DNA from: Lama glama | Lineage: Eukaryota | Direction: 5' to 3' | Length of the DNA stretch: 64,000 bases | Assembly (NCBI GenBank): GCA_028534125.1 | Contig: CM052816.1 | Coordinates: 31,560,001-31,624,000, forward strand | Part shown: positions 24,440 to 37,310 of the stretch, one piece after another | Layout of the letters: each line of letters starts with the position of its first letter | How positions within the stretch are numbered: position 1 is the stretch's first letter | Notes under the pieces: generated by a model | The model's input: the letters and a program-made list of their open reading frames with translations, nothing else | Databases searched by the model: none | Told to the model about the DNA's origin: nothing | Translations under genes and position numbers: made by a program

Positions 24440-24640
24440 GCTAGTTTTATTGAAAATTTACTGTGTACAGTGGCCTCGGTCCTTTGCATGCATTAATCCT
24501 ACATCTCATAATAATATCATGAAGTAGGTATAGCTTATTACCTAACAAGCAAAGTGAGGCTTCAGTCCTCCTACCAGGAAGAGGAAGGAGTGGAACCCAG
24601 TTATCTTGGACTGTGGAGGTCATGCTCTTAGTCCCTCCAT
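24440..24640 (-). mobile_element. MIR SINE
   Basis: ttattga...ctgtgtacag...ggaacccagttatcttggact. Confidence 0.55.
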
Positions 24641-24914
24641 AGTGTGGCTCTTCCATAAGTGAACCTGAGAAATCTCAGATTATGATGGGAAAGTTGGTTT
24701 GCTTTCGAGCTTCTTCCTTTCCAGAGAGACAAAGGCGGGAAGGTGCCATTTGTAATAGGTATTCTTTGTAACTTGTGGATCTGCTTCCTCCTCAAACACT
24801 ACAACAGCATGATCTGCCAAAAACAGTGCAGTGAGAATGACAAAAGCCTGTTGATGGTAAAGTGGATTATGTAACCAGCTGGGATCTCCCTTGTGTGGCT
24901 ATTAGATTTTCTGT

Positions 24915-25095
24915 CTGATAATATTTGAGAAGAAAAATATTTTTCCGTGAAAACCTCTGGGAAGCAGCTCATTGTTACTTGGTTCGGCTTTAAGTGCTCT
25001 CCACCTGATAGCATTTGAGAAGAAGGATATTTTCCCCTGAAAATCTCTGGGAAGCAGCGTAGAATTATTTAGATTTGACTTCACATGCTCCCCTC
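24915..25095. repeat. Diverged tandem duplication, 90-bp period, about 2 copies
   Basis: 24915-24968 ctgataatatttgagaag...ctctgggaagcagc recurs at 25005-25058. Confidence 0.9.
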
Positions 25096-28000
25096 ATTTG
25101 TGTACAAACCTGCAGCACTGTTTTACAATTCTGTACTGATATCCCAGGAATGATGATCAATTGACCTAGGTATCTACTTATCAACAGTCAGTTCTCTCTC
25201 TCTCTCTCCCTAGATCTGTGAGTCTAGCTCTTTCGGGCTACCCATACCTATCTCTATGTTTATCTCTCTGTCTATCTATATGGATATATTTAACATTAGT
25301 ACTTCCTCACTAGAAACATATAACTGTTTCTTTTTCTCCCAGAGAGGACTGATAAGGTCTCACTTCCTTTGACAGAATTTATTTCCTACTCAGAAAGATC
25401 AGAACAGCAATACTGAACCCTGGATGACTCTGAATAGTCATGAATTACACCTCTTTGCATACAATGGCGTCTTACTTTCAGCTAGTTCTTCTTGTGCTAC
25501 CTACCTGTGTCTGTAGGGGAAGGAATGAAGTTAGGTAATCTCATGGCCTGAAGAACTGAGTTGTGGCTGGCTACTTCCCCACGGCCCAGTTTCTGCCTTT
25601 TCCTTTGTGAACACCCACTCTGTTCTAAGGGACTCTGGGTCCGTTTGTGACAGTGGCAAATTGAAGGCTCAGGGAGGAAATTGTGGGAGGAAAAGGAAGG
25701 GAGAGAGGAGGGTGTTATTGAAGAGCAGTAGGGAAGTGAATTTTTTTTTCTTACAATCCGTCATGTCTTCATTCCCTGAGCTGACTGGGCTTATTATTTA
25801 AATGGGTAATGAAAGAGTTTCACATGACTTTGACCTTATGCTTTCTTTTACCAAATGAATGAACTAATGTTTGGTACAGGGAGCTGTTTGGGTTCTGGTA
25901 GAATGAATTTGCAAAATGGTACCTAAAAAGTTAGGCTACCTGGCATTGTTCCCAACCAGAGAGAATTGGTGAAAAGAGCAGACTCTAACTGCAGGGCAAT
26001 TTAAAAAAAATGTTACTTTTCCCTTAGTGTTTTGCTTGTGGAGCCCAGTTATTAAATTTAGAGACATTGTATCTAGTTCATGGCTTTAAAATCATGTTGT
26101 ATGTTTCACTACCAAGCAAGACAAGAGGACATTAATTGGGAAAGAACAGTAAGAATAGTTATTTTGTTCCCAGCATCAAGTGCTCATTTAAGTTTTAGAA
26201 AAATGACCAAGAGTTCTATTTGTTTTCTCTGCAAGATTATTTCTTTGAGGGGAGTAGTAGGTCTTCTGATCCACTTCACCCCTCACAAGACTTTAAATCA
26301 AGAGAAGCAGAAAGAGGCTGTGAAGCAATCAGATGGCTCCAGTGGCAGGAACTGGAGTCCATGGCTTAATTTGTTTGAATAGAAATAGAAATGGAAGCTC
26401 ATGTTCCTTGAGTATGGAACAGCCAGCAAGTTGAGGAACTATAAACTTCCTGTGATTTTCTTGCATTTTTTTGTACCCAAGCTAAGTGCCAGACTTTCTC
26501 ATCATTGCCTTTTTGGGCAGCTTAGAGTGGGAATCAAATGCATCAATGGTTGTCTGAGAACATCGCAGTAATATATTATGACATGCACTGTGCTGTACTT
26601 GGAGTCCAAATATGCTTTTCATCCATCTTGAGTGCAACCTGTACTTCGCTTCTCCACCCGTGGTGATGACTTTGTAGAAGTCCACCCACACCGTTGTTCT
26701 CTCTGCCTTAGGACCCACAGTTGCCAAGGACACGGCTGTGAGCAGGGCAATGGGTACAGTGTGCCCTCACACGATGGTGTGAAGACCAGTGGCTTCAAAG
26801 ACACTCACTTTGGTCTCCAATGTGGCTGCACAATTCAGATAACTTCTGCAATAATTTATTCACCAACTTAAAACATCTTGGAAGATATCTGTGACTGAAG
26901 AAGGAAATACAGTAACTTTTGCATTTTAGGGGTATAGGAAAGTTGATGAAGGAATTCAAATATCAGATTCAAATAGAATTTATGATGTTAGATCTAAGTA
27001 ACAAATATGTCTTAATGAAACTCCCATCGCCCAAGATGTATGGACTGCTTTAAAATTTTTTTATTTTATCTTTTATGAATTGCCTTTGAAGGCAGAAATT
27101 ATTAATGGAGGAAAAACTTGTGTCTCCATGATGCCACATCATCCAGAGGAGAAGTGAAACAAATCAGGTGTGCAGGGAATTTTCAGTCTGCTTCAGGACA
27201 GATATTGGTCTTTTTACTTTTGTAATTTTCTCATCTTTGGTAGCAGGCCGACTCCTGAGTTCCTTGTTCTCCAGGGAATGGGGAAAGTGGTGCTAATTGG
27301 AATCAGCTTGATCTCAGGATGTTTTTATTTGTCTTTTCTTGGAGGGAAGGAGAGGATAAAGGATGAGATGGGAGGTGGATAAGATTAGCAGCAGAATGCT
27401 TTTGAATTTTTAAATAAAATAAAACAGAAAATGTGATTTCACTAGGAAGATGCAGAAACCATTGTCTGAGTATATACAGGTCTCTTTGTTCCTTGGCTTT
27501 CCTCTATGTTGGAATACCGAGAAAGCAGCATCCTTAGGGAAAATACTGAGGCCCAGGGTGAAGTGACAAAGCTTTAGAAGGACATGAATTTAAGTTGCAC
27601 TGAGTCTTAAGGCTTGAGGGTATCTCAGAGACAAAGGGACTTACCTTAAGGTCTTATATCTCGCTAGCAAGCCCATACAAGCTGGTTGAGCACTGTATCT
27701 TCTCTACTGTGAGGGAAACTGCCCCACATGGATAAGGATCTGTATCATGGTCAATGCAGAATCTTTTCCTGGAAGTCTGCTGTGTGGAAAGCACTTGCTA
27801 GGCACTAGGGACTTAGGGAGGGATTCAGCACGGTCTCTGATGGTAAGGGAGTTAAAATTTGGTGTGGAGACGGAATAACATAATATAATAATAATTTTAT
27901 TATTAATCACAAGAGAATGCCAGATGAGAGATACAGATGAAAGCAGTGTTGCAGCTGGTAGGCATTTGGTAAATCTTTGTTGAGAGAATGAATGAATGAA

Positions 28001-28489
28001 TGAATGCTGAATTTAGGTCGTCGGTGAAGTGCGACCCCACCACAGATTAGGTCCACTGGGAAGAAAGGCCTCACGTAGGGGATTTTCAAGGAAAAGAAAG
28101 ACTTGGCTAAATGGTGAATGAGGGAATCCCACTACAGGGAATGTACATAGAGCTATAGGGTCTGACTTTTCAGCATAGTTAAACATGGGGAAATCCAGTC
28201 CATTCCCCATCAGGAGCACAGATTTATTATGGGGCAAATCAGAGCAACTTTTGGCCTGAAAAGAGATTTTTTTAAAAAGCTGTGTTGCTGATGTGGATGA
28301 TACTGCCAGCTCTGGATGAAAATTGAGATGTCAGGTCTGCAAGCAGGCAAATTCTGAAGCCAGGAAGAGAAAGTATTTTAGCAGAGGGTGACCACATGAG
28401 GCCAGTGCTACTTAAAAAGTTGAGTAACACTAAGACTTCACAATAAAAATGGTAATGAAACTGTCTGATACTTATGGAGCTTTGATGAC

Positions 28490-28690
28490 GTGCAGATAGC
28501 GTACTACCTTTCTTCATTTCATACTCGTAACGACCCTAGGAATAAGGTTTCATTACCACCCTCATTTATAGGTGGTGAAATCAAGACCCAGAGAGTTTAA
28601 ATGACTTGCCCAAGGACACGTAGTTATGGAAGCAGGACTTGAACCCATCCAGGTCTGCCTGTTTCCAAAGCCATATCCTCGGCCACTCCC
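28490..28690 (-). mobile_element. MIR SINE
   Basis: agagagtttaaatgacttgcccaagg...ggacttgaacccatccaggtctgcc. Confidence 0.75.
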
Positions 28691-29274
28691 TCACCCAGCC
28701 TCCTGCAGGCCAGCCAGCAGGCCAGCCAGCAGACACAAAGAGGAGACTCTCATGTCTACCACTGAATGGGGTCGGGATGATGCAGACTTCTAAGAGGTGG
28801 ACTGGGATCAAGATCTTTCTCAGTTATTTACTCAGAAGATCCACTTAATGATTCCTAATTTCAAGTCTAAAGTTCCTAAGGAAAGCACAGTCTCTAAAAA
28901 ATACATCCAGGTCTCCAGTGAGCTTATTCTTTGACTTTTGTTTGAATTCCAAATAAGTCTTCTTTATTATTAGCACATTTATTAGCACGACGGATGCAAG
29001 GGAACAAGCCTTCAGCTTCTGCTGTGCTGGCAGTTTTATTCAAAATTATCTGGTTTTTGAAAATAATTGCTAAGTGGTCCATTTTCACTTAATTCCTATT
29101 CTTCGCTCAAAGATGATTTTCCCATTGTATTTAATTTTAACTTTTTTTTTTAACCTGAAACCACTAGATAGTCATTTGAGCTAGGAAATAGCTTTCAAAA
29201 TTGTTGCACTGGTGAGTCTCATGTCAGAAAGGCCATTGTAGGAAGGGTCTGGACTCTTGCTGTGGTTCCCAGAC

Positions 29275-29435
29275 ATGACTGCTCTTAAACGGTCCTGCAG
29301 TCCTTATGAGAAATATACATGCTCCTCCGCTCCCTGGAGACTTGAATTCAGTAAATGTCGAATGAGGGCCAGGAATCTGTGTTTTTAAAACAAGTGTCCC
29401 AGGTGACTCTGTGCTTAGGCACGGGTGGAAACCCT
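29275..29435. mobile_element. MER5-like DNA transposon
   Basis: gaattcagtaaatgtc...gggccaggaatctgtgtttttaaaacaagtgtcccaggtgactct. Confidence 0.6.
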
Positions 29436-29739
29436 GTGGGGATGAGAGGCTAAGAAGGAGGAACCTGGAGGTTGGCCTTCTTACCGTGTTTCTCTCTTTG
29501 ATCTACCTGAGCTTGGGTGAGGCACCTCCAGTTTTTCATCTCTCACTTTTCTAAAAATACTGCCATTTTCTAGACCCAGTCCCCATCTGGAAACCTGGCC
29601 CCAAATTCCCTCTGTAGGCCAGACAAATTCCAACAGTCCACCTTGTGGTGTTGGTGTTTTGAAGCAGACACACCCGGGTCTGAGGTCTTGTTTGCAACTT
29701 GTTCGTGGGTTTTTTTTTTTTAAAACAGAACTGAACGTT

Positions 29740-29912
29740 TAAAAAATTGAGGTATAGTTGATGTACAATATTATATAAGTATTATAGAAGTTTTAGGTGT
29801 ATAACATAGTGCATCACAATTTAAAAAGTTTATAGTTCATTTATAGTTGTTGTAAATATTGGCTATGTTCCCTGTGCTGCATTGTACAGGTGGTAGCTTG
29901 TTTATTTTACAC
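29740..29912 (-). mobile_element. Short L1 3' end
   Basis: attgaggtatagttgatgtacaatatta...ggctatgttccctgtgctg. Confidence 0.8.
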
Positions 29913-30519
29913 TCGGCTGTCTGTCCCTCTTAATCTCCTACCTTGTTCATTCTCCAGCAGGCATCTGTTGAGCACCTCCGAGGCCAGGCCTCAGCTGCTG
30001 CGTCTCGTTGGCCTTTCAGGGCCCCATCTGTGCTACCTGACGCTGCACCTGCTGGGAGCTCTGGAGGTGAGTGGTCGTGACTGGAGTTTTGGCCTCCTAC
30101 AGTCTGTCCCTCTTCAGCTCAGCTGGCTTTATGTGCTTCCTTCACACCCACCTGCAGTGGAGGGTAAGTCTCCTCTCAGAGACATTCTCATTTCTCCCTT
30201 CAGATTGTCACATCTGCCCTGGCCTTCAGGAACACCTTGCTCTGTGGATGTGACAGTTGGAGGCTGGCCCCACCCTGGGAGTCTGTCCTTCTGCTCCACC
30301 AAAGGATCTGGGGGTTGCTTAGCTTAGATCTACTCTTTGAACAGAAGGGGCGTCATGACCCCTCTCCCTTGATTATTGCCACGACCAGCAGGTGGGCGTT
30401 GGAAACTCAGCTGGGGCTCTCATTATGTTAGCTGGAGGCAGCTGGGGATGTGTCACTTGGGTTCCATGTTGTTTGCTGACATTCTGTCCTGGGGGCTGGG
30501 CTGCAGAGACGAACAGGAT

Positions 30520-30745
30520 GTGTGTGGCACTGGTTGGAGGCAGGCAGTCTTGGGTTTGATGGTCTACACTTTCTCGCTGTGTGACCTGGAGTAACTTATT
30601 TGAACTTTCTGAACCTCAGTTTCCTCACCTGTGATGTGGAGGTAATGAAAGTACCAACCCTGTGGGGTTATCATAAGAAATAAATGATAGCAGGCAGATA
30701 GAGCATTTTAAACAGTACTTGGTATACTGGTAGTGCTCAGTAGGT
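30520..30745 (+). mobile_element. MIR SINE
   Basis: gctgtgtgacctgg...ctgaacctcagtttcctcacctgt. Confidence 0.8.
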
Positions 30746-33541
30746 GGGGATTATGATACCAATATTGATGCTCCAGAAGCTACCCCTGTGTGAACTCAAC
30801 AAGGTCAAGTTCCTGCTTAGAGCCTTGCTCAGGCTAAGCAGGCTATTTTTCCTGTTTTTTTTTTCCAAGTTTTATTTTAAACCATTGACCTCAGGCACAG
30901 TTTGCCCTGACATCCTTCAGCTGCTGCTCTTACTTTTGTCATTGTCTTCTATTAGTTGCCCTGTTGTCAGATCGAGAAAGTGCACGATTTCTTCTAAATA
31001 TACTTCCTCTGGGAGCATGGAGCCCCAGTCAAGCTCAGAGAATGCGGGAAAGTGTACACATATTTTTTTGACCTGCTGCCTGATTTGTCTTAACCCTCTG
31101 CATGCGGTACCACGTGCACTCTGGGGGGTGTCCCCTCTGAATCCCACTCTTCACGTGATTCTGGGTTGTTGGCAGGGTGGGAGGGAAAGCATCACTGTGG
31201 CCGAGTGAACCGGTTATCTCAGCAGAGCCCTCCAGAATGTAGCTGGCGGGTCTCCTGGGCGAGCTCTGCCCGGGCTCGGTTGGCCATGGATGTGGGCAGT
31301 GATAAGAAAGGGCTCAGCTAAATGGCTGAGTGAGCGGTTGCTAAGGAGCCCGGGGAACCCCCTAGCTGGATACTCCCTTCATTGAAGATCGAGGGTGAGC
31401 TGCAGTGTGCGTCTCATCATGGGAAAGTCTCATGAAACACGCTATGAATTAGTAATAATTGAGGCTTATCTCTCTTTATAAGCTGCTTTTTTAACCCCTG
31501 GTATAAAGGAGCAGTTTTGGTTCAAAATAAAGGTTAAGTGATCCAAGCCTCAAGTGAATCTCTACTGCTTTCCTTTTGGGATTGAAAAAGCCTCTGCCCT
31601 TCTTTTGTTTAATTTTATTTTTTTTAAGCTTCTAGTGAATTCTTCATACAGTTTTTGTTTTGTCTTCTTTTCCCCCATCTCTTGAGCAGCACAGTTATTT
31701 GTAAAATAGAAATCTTCATTAATTTTGAACTTCCCCTCTGGTGGTCCGGGTCTAGCTGGCTGGGCTGGTGGGGTTCAAGCAGAAGAATGGCGGGGGACAG
31801 GGCAACTGAGGGGTCCGGACAAAGGGCTGGCTTGGTTCCATTGGGTTTTTGTGACTTGTTGCACTGGACTCATTAGCATCCCCGTCCCTGAAACACAACG
31901 TGAGGATTTTAAACTGACTGGAGTGAAAAGATAACACAGCCTTTCAAGAGCGCTAAATCTCAAGGTCCGCGCCTCTCCTCAGCTGGCTTTCATCTCTGCA
32001 GGCCTGCCACTGAGGCTCTTTTCCCTTGAACTTCCTTCATCATTGCAGACATTAGTCACTGTAAAAGAGTCCTTCACATTTATGTTGGTTATTCTTGGCA
32101 AAGTTGCGTTTTTTTTTTTTTTTTAGCAGTAATGCTGAATGCTGCACATGACATTAAAAAAGGAATCCGGTGCTTAGAGGTCTCTTGATAAGTAGTGTTC
32201 TGATCTGGGTTTACCAGCAAACCAGAAGAGTCTTGCTGGAGCATTTATGTTATTTACTCTAGGAAAGGAGGGAGCACAGTTCACAGCTCAACTCGGACCC
32301 CTAATCACTATCCCTAGAAAATGATTGCTGATGATTTGACTACTGCATATTGTGCTGAAAGCCTCTGCCCTCCCTGTTAGGAGCTCACTTCCACCATCAG
32401 AGTTCCATACTCTTGTATCAATTCACAATAAAAAACAATCTTAGGTAATATCAAAAATTGGATATGGTTGAAACCAGGCGGGGCCTAGATGCAAAGCACT
32501 AGATTTCAGAGACCAGGCTCACATGCTGGGGAGGATGGGATCATGCATCGCAGAGGTAGGGGGTACTTGACTCCACATCACTTCTCCAGTGCCATTTCCC
32601 ACCACCTTCTTTTGATTTTGTGCTCCAGTCCTGTCTCTGCCTCAGGATCTTTGCACAAGATTCCTTCTGTGCTCTTTCACCTCTTTCCCTCCCCACTCCT
32701 CTTCTCCTGACTTTGTCCTGAGTGCTTTCTTTCACTCACTCCCATAGAGCAGATCCCCTGTGATATGCCCTCCTGGCACCCTGGGCTTTTTCCTTGGCAT
32801 TTAGAGTAGTTAGCAATTATATGTTTCTTTCATTAATTTTTATCTTTAATTCCACAAGGGCAAAAACTCATCAGTTTCACTGGTCACTGCAGATAGCAGA
32901 GTGCTTGTTGCACAGAGAGTATTCAATAAGTATTTGTTGAACTTGAACAGACCAGTGGGAAGAAAGAATGGCCCCCTTGGTGGTCAGTGTGTCTGTGATG
33001 GTAAAGACCTTGGTGATCTCTGTCCCTGTCATAGTAGAGACCCCTTACATAGAGACCCTGAGGTTTAATGGCATGACTGCCTCTGTGCTCTAGCTGGCCA
33101 CATGCTGGCTGGGATTTCTTGCAGCATCTTCTGTGACAATGGGCTAAGTGGGAGGAGATGATATTGTAGAAAGAAAATACACAAACTTAAAAATATTTTG
33201 GTTAAGATGCAATTACAGGCATCCCTGTAAACTCTGTGTGAAACTTACTAGTATAAAAGCTTCACAGATGGAAGCACTAAGTCTCAGAAAAAGAAGTCAA
33301 AAGGATAAGGACATCTATTTCTCAAATTTCCAATTTCAAATGTGATGATTTCAAAAGAGAGTATTTTGACCCATGTCTTTTTTCACTAGTTGTGTTTGTG
33401 AAGGACCAGCATCCTGAATATTGAGAGGCTAAACACCTGGACCCCATTTCTCCAAGCCCTGCATCCTGCCTCTTCTGCAGGATTTAGAGCTGGACCTTTG
33501 AAAAGGCTGTCAGTCCTCCTGCTAGTACCAGGAGGATGGGA

Positions 33542-33950
33542 TCTTTCTTGGGGTGCACTCCCCAGAAGCAGACCCTGAGATTGGGGTCCTTGTGAAAGAG
33601 ATATATTGACGAAATGATCCCAGGGGAAATTTATTGAGGAATTGAGAGGGTGGAGAGGCAGGATGGGTAAGTGGAAGAGTCAAGCAAGGATGACATTTCA
33701 GGCAAAGATTCACCCCCATTTCGATCCCACTAGGGAACTTAGAGTTTATCCTCACACAGAGCAAGAGAGCTGGGCTTTCATACTCATGTACCTGTCATCC
33801 ATCAGGCTCCAGTGGCCTGAGGTATCACCCAAGAGAGGCACAGATGCGGCTGTCAGAGGCCAAAGAACACAGTGGCCCGGGGAGGGGACTCAGAAAAGTG
33901 AAAGGAGCCTGAGGGGAGCTGGGAGGAGCCCTGACAGTGTCCATTACAAG
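33542..33950 (-). mobile_element. ERVL solo LTR (LTR16/LTR33 group)
   Basis: ccccagaagcagaccctgaga near one end, cagtgtccattaca at the other. Confidence 0.7.
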
Positions 33951-34039
33951 ATCATACCTCAAACAGGTAAGACCTTATGCTTAATTTCATAGACAGACCC
34001 TATGTGAAGGCATGCTTTCTCATCAAATTAATGGGATAC

Positions 34040-34260
34040 TATTTAAGCCTCCTCTATGCTGGTATTACATAAGTGCTTTACACATACTGTCTCATTGAGT
34101 TCTTATAATATCCCTATCATAAAATTGTTATACTTACTTGCCTTATTTTATGAATGAGGAAACTTGGTTTTAAAGAATTTAAATGGCTTTCCCAAATAGA
34201 AGAAGATAGAAGTTGTATTCAGACCTAGGCTGACATGACTCTAAACCTTAAAGCAGTCAT
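34040..34260 (-). mobile_element. MIR SINE
   Basis: aagtgctttacacat...tgaggaaact...attcagacctaggctg. Confidence 0.65.
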
Positions 34261-34784
34261 TACTTTCCCAGGCAGATTCAGAAGGACATGAATGGATGTA
34301 AGTGCACCTACAGAGGCTCTGTAGCGCTGACATATTTGACATCTTTCTCTCTGATGGCTTTACACAGCCATTTAGCTGTGCATTCACTGAGGACCTGTCT
34401 TCAGATACACAGGAATTGCAGGATGGAGGGAGGACTGGGGAACATTAGCTAGATCCCAGAGCTTCCCCAAGGCAAGACCTCTCCATCACTCCTTCCATCC
34501 TCTTTCCTTCACAGCCATCATGGCAGATTCTCATGGTCGGTTCCACCAGCTGTGGCTGAGAACCTCTCTTCAGCTTTCACTTAAAAGGAGATTGAATTTT
34601 TATTACACTCATACTTTACAAATATGTGAATTTCTCAGTTCCTTCTCATTAGTGATGATAGTTCTTGTCAGAGTAAAATAAAATGATGAGAAAAGGGCCA
34701 AGGGCAGACCCCGGCATGGGGCAGGTGCCCAGAAACTGATAGCTATTATTTTTGATATGGTTTAGGAATTTTGTTTAGGGAGGA

Positions 34785-35168
34785 AGTTTGCTAGTCCCAC
34801 TGTAATCAAGTATCATAGACTGAGTGGCTTAACCAGCAGACATTTACTTCTCACAGTTCTGGGGGCTGGAAGCCAGAGATCAGGGTTTCAGTCATGGTGG
34901 TTTGATCTGAGCCTCTCTCCTTGGCTTTAGATGGCCATCCTCTCTGTATCTTCACAAGGTCTTTCTTCTGTATGTGCCTGTCTATTGATTTCCTCTTCTT
35001 ATAAGGATTCGGGCCCACCCATGTGACCTCATTTTACCTTAGTTACTCCTTTGAAGACCCTGTCTCCAAATACAAGTGAATTCTGAGGTACTGGTGGTTA
35101 GGAATTTAACGTATGAATTTTTTGTAGGTCAGCGGGTGGGGTGAGGGGTGCACAATTCAGCCCATAAT
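34785..35168 (-). mobile_element. MaLR LTR (MLT1A-C group)
   Basis: agactgagtggcttaaccagcagacatttacttctcacagttctgggggctggaag...aattcagcccataa. Confidence 0.85.
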
Positions 35169-35169
35169 A

Positions 35170-35770
35170 GAGGAGCATTTCCAGAGGGCAGAGTGAGTGA
35201 GAGCTTGATTTCAGACTAGGCTGGAGAGGGAGGCAGAGACCTGGCCATGTCTTGCCTCTTAGGTCATGTTAAATAGGAGGCAGTAATGGTAGAATGGGAT
35301 TTGCTCTTTAAAGGGTTATTTTGGTTATACTGGGGACAATTGATGTGTGTGTGTTGAGGGGGGGAGGGGCATTTGGACGAAATGCCCAGAATCTCCGGAG
35401 AATGGTGTGGGGGCAGAGTACATGTAGGTAGAACAATTGGGAGGATCCTGCATTGGTCCAGATAAGAAGTGGGTTGGGGTGGGGTGTTGGTGATGGTGGA
35501 GGAGATGGACAGAAATGGATGAGTTCTAGAGCCATCTGTCCTGATTTTAGGAAGTAAAATCAGCAGGGCATGGTTATAGATTTAATATAGGAGTTGAAAA
35601 AGAAATTGGGGTCAAGGAGAATTCTTAGGTTTTTGAATGGGTGGTAGTGTCATTTACAGGGATTGGAAATACTGGAAAAGGGCTGGATTGTGGAGAAAAA
35701 TTTTACATAGGTTTTGGACATGTTGAGTTTGCAGTGCCTTGAGACATCCAAGAGCAGACACTGAACAGAT
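35170..35770 (-). mobile_element. L2 fragment
   Basis: ggttttggacatgttgagtttgcagtgccttgagacatccaag. Confidence 0.7.
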
Positions 35771-36379
35771 ATTTGTAGGTAGGGTTATAGATGAGGAAAT
35801 GGAGGAATTAAGTTTCTCAATGTCTTAACTAAATTAAATCATTAATTGGAAATCCAGTTCTCAATTTCAAATCTCCTAATTATTACTCTGGCGCTCATTC
35901 CCAAAGCATTGCTTCCCTCTCTTAAGTAATTTCTAAGGTTATAGGACAGTGCACACGTTTCTCCAGGATTCTGGGCATTCAGTCCAAATCAGTCTGCTAA
36001 AGCATCATGTTTATTTGAAGTTGTCTATGTTTTTTGAAAATTCATCTGATTTCTTGTTCTGCTTTGTAACATATTTGTTATTTCTATATAGTAAGGCTAT
36101 TAAAAACTACTTATCTTGGAGTAGACTACTGCTCCAGGAGGATGCTTTGAGTATATTCTGGGATACAGAACCATGTGCCAGAGAGGGGGCAGTGCCAGGG
36201 CTATTCAGGCAGTGGCACGGCTTGCCTGGGAACATCCCATTTGGGCAGCATGGCAGTCTGCTTGTTACAAGATAGGAAACACAGGATGTGGGGTGGATTG
36301 GGAGTGGGGATAGGGAGGATGATGTGTTCAGTTTGGATATGTTACTGTGATGTGCCACCTGGACCTATTTGCAGCCAAG

Positions 36380-36930
36380 GAAGTGCAGCAACGGGCCCCT
36401 GACCATGGGCTCCACTCTTCCCATTATGTCCCACACTTCCAGCCCTAACATACCATGCCACCTAGAAGCTGCAGCCAAACAGAGCAACTGAATGGCCTTT
36501 GAAAGGCACAGCTGTGGCATCAACTTTGAGCTAATACCTTGTAAGCATGGGGTCCTCCCCTAGTGTGCAGTGTGCATTCTAAATCAACCACCAACATATG
36601 GTCCTGTGTCCTGGGAAGGTAGAAGACGTGAGTCTGGAAACCAGGCGGGTAGAAATAGACGATGGCCCCTCTTGCCATCACTTTCCAGTAACCCACCTGG
36701 GGAATTTGTGTTTCTTAGTCCCGCAACTCTGGGCTCCTTGGGTATAGAAATCCTGGTTCCCAGAAGAGCATGTTTCCATCAGGAAACACAGGGAGAGTCT
36801 CTATTAAACTTTAAGCTCTGACTGCACTTAGTTACTTTAGGCTCCTCACGCCAAGATAGCATGAGGCAAGGAAAGAAGTCGCAGTCTTGGCAGGAGCAGT
36901 TGCCTCTGATCACAGGAGGAGGTAAGGCTC
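36380..36930 (+). mobile_element. Degenerate ERVL internal fragment (integrase C-terminal part, dUTPase)
   Basis: cacctagaagctgcagcc...aatggcctttgaaaggcacagctg resembles HPEAAG..NGLLK.QL; LGIEILVP...LLNFKL resembles ERVL AGLEVLVP...PLNWKL. Confidence 0.75.
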
Positions 36931-37310
36931 CTAGATACTCATCTTCCCTGCTGTCTGGGAAGTTGGCTGCCATGGCTTATAGCTAAATTCCTCCCTGGGA
37001 ATTTCCCGGAGGGGAACTGCTTCCCTCAGGATTATGCCCCTTCCCTTGGGGTAGCCTCCAACGGCAGGGAGATCTTGGATATGAAGTCTGAGTTTCCTTG
37101 CCCCAGTTTGGAACAGATTTGAAGGACCATCTGGTTTCTGTGGGATTGACTGAGCTTTTGCAGTGGCTGCATCACAGTTTAACCTCTCCTTGCCCAGCCC
37201 TGCTGACATCACTCCTTCACAGGTGGTGTTCCTAAGAGCAGCCCCAAAAAAACCATCCACATGGAAATCTCCATCTCAGGCTCTTCTTCCCAGGGAAGCC
37301 AAGCTAAGCA
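36930..37310 (+). mobile_element. LTR16-like ERVL LTR (3' LTR)
   Basis: Ends aaatctccatctcaggctcttcttcccagggaagccaagctaagca, like the LTR16 terminus. Confidence 0.75.

Noticed and set aside
26482..26871. Overlapping ORFs in a mildly CpG-retaining segment
   Set aside because: No recognisable homology in the frames I translated and no convincing splice-site pair
29168..29211. 44-nt exon candidate with strong donor CTG|GTGAGT
   Set aside because: The acceptor AG is separated from its pyrimidine tract and the length is not frame-preserving; insufficient support
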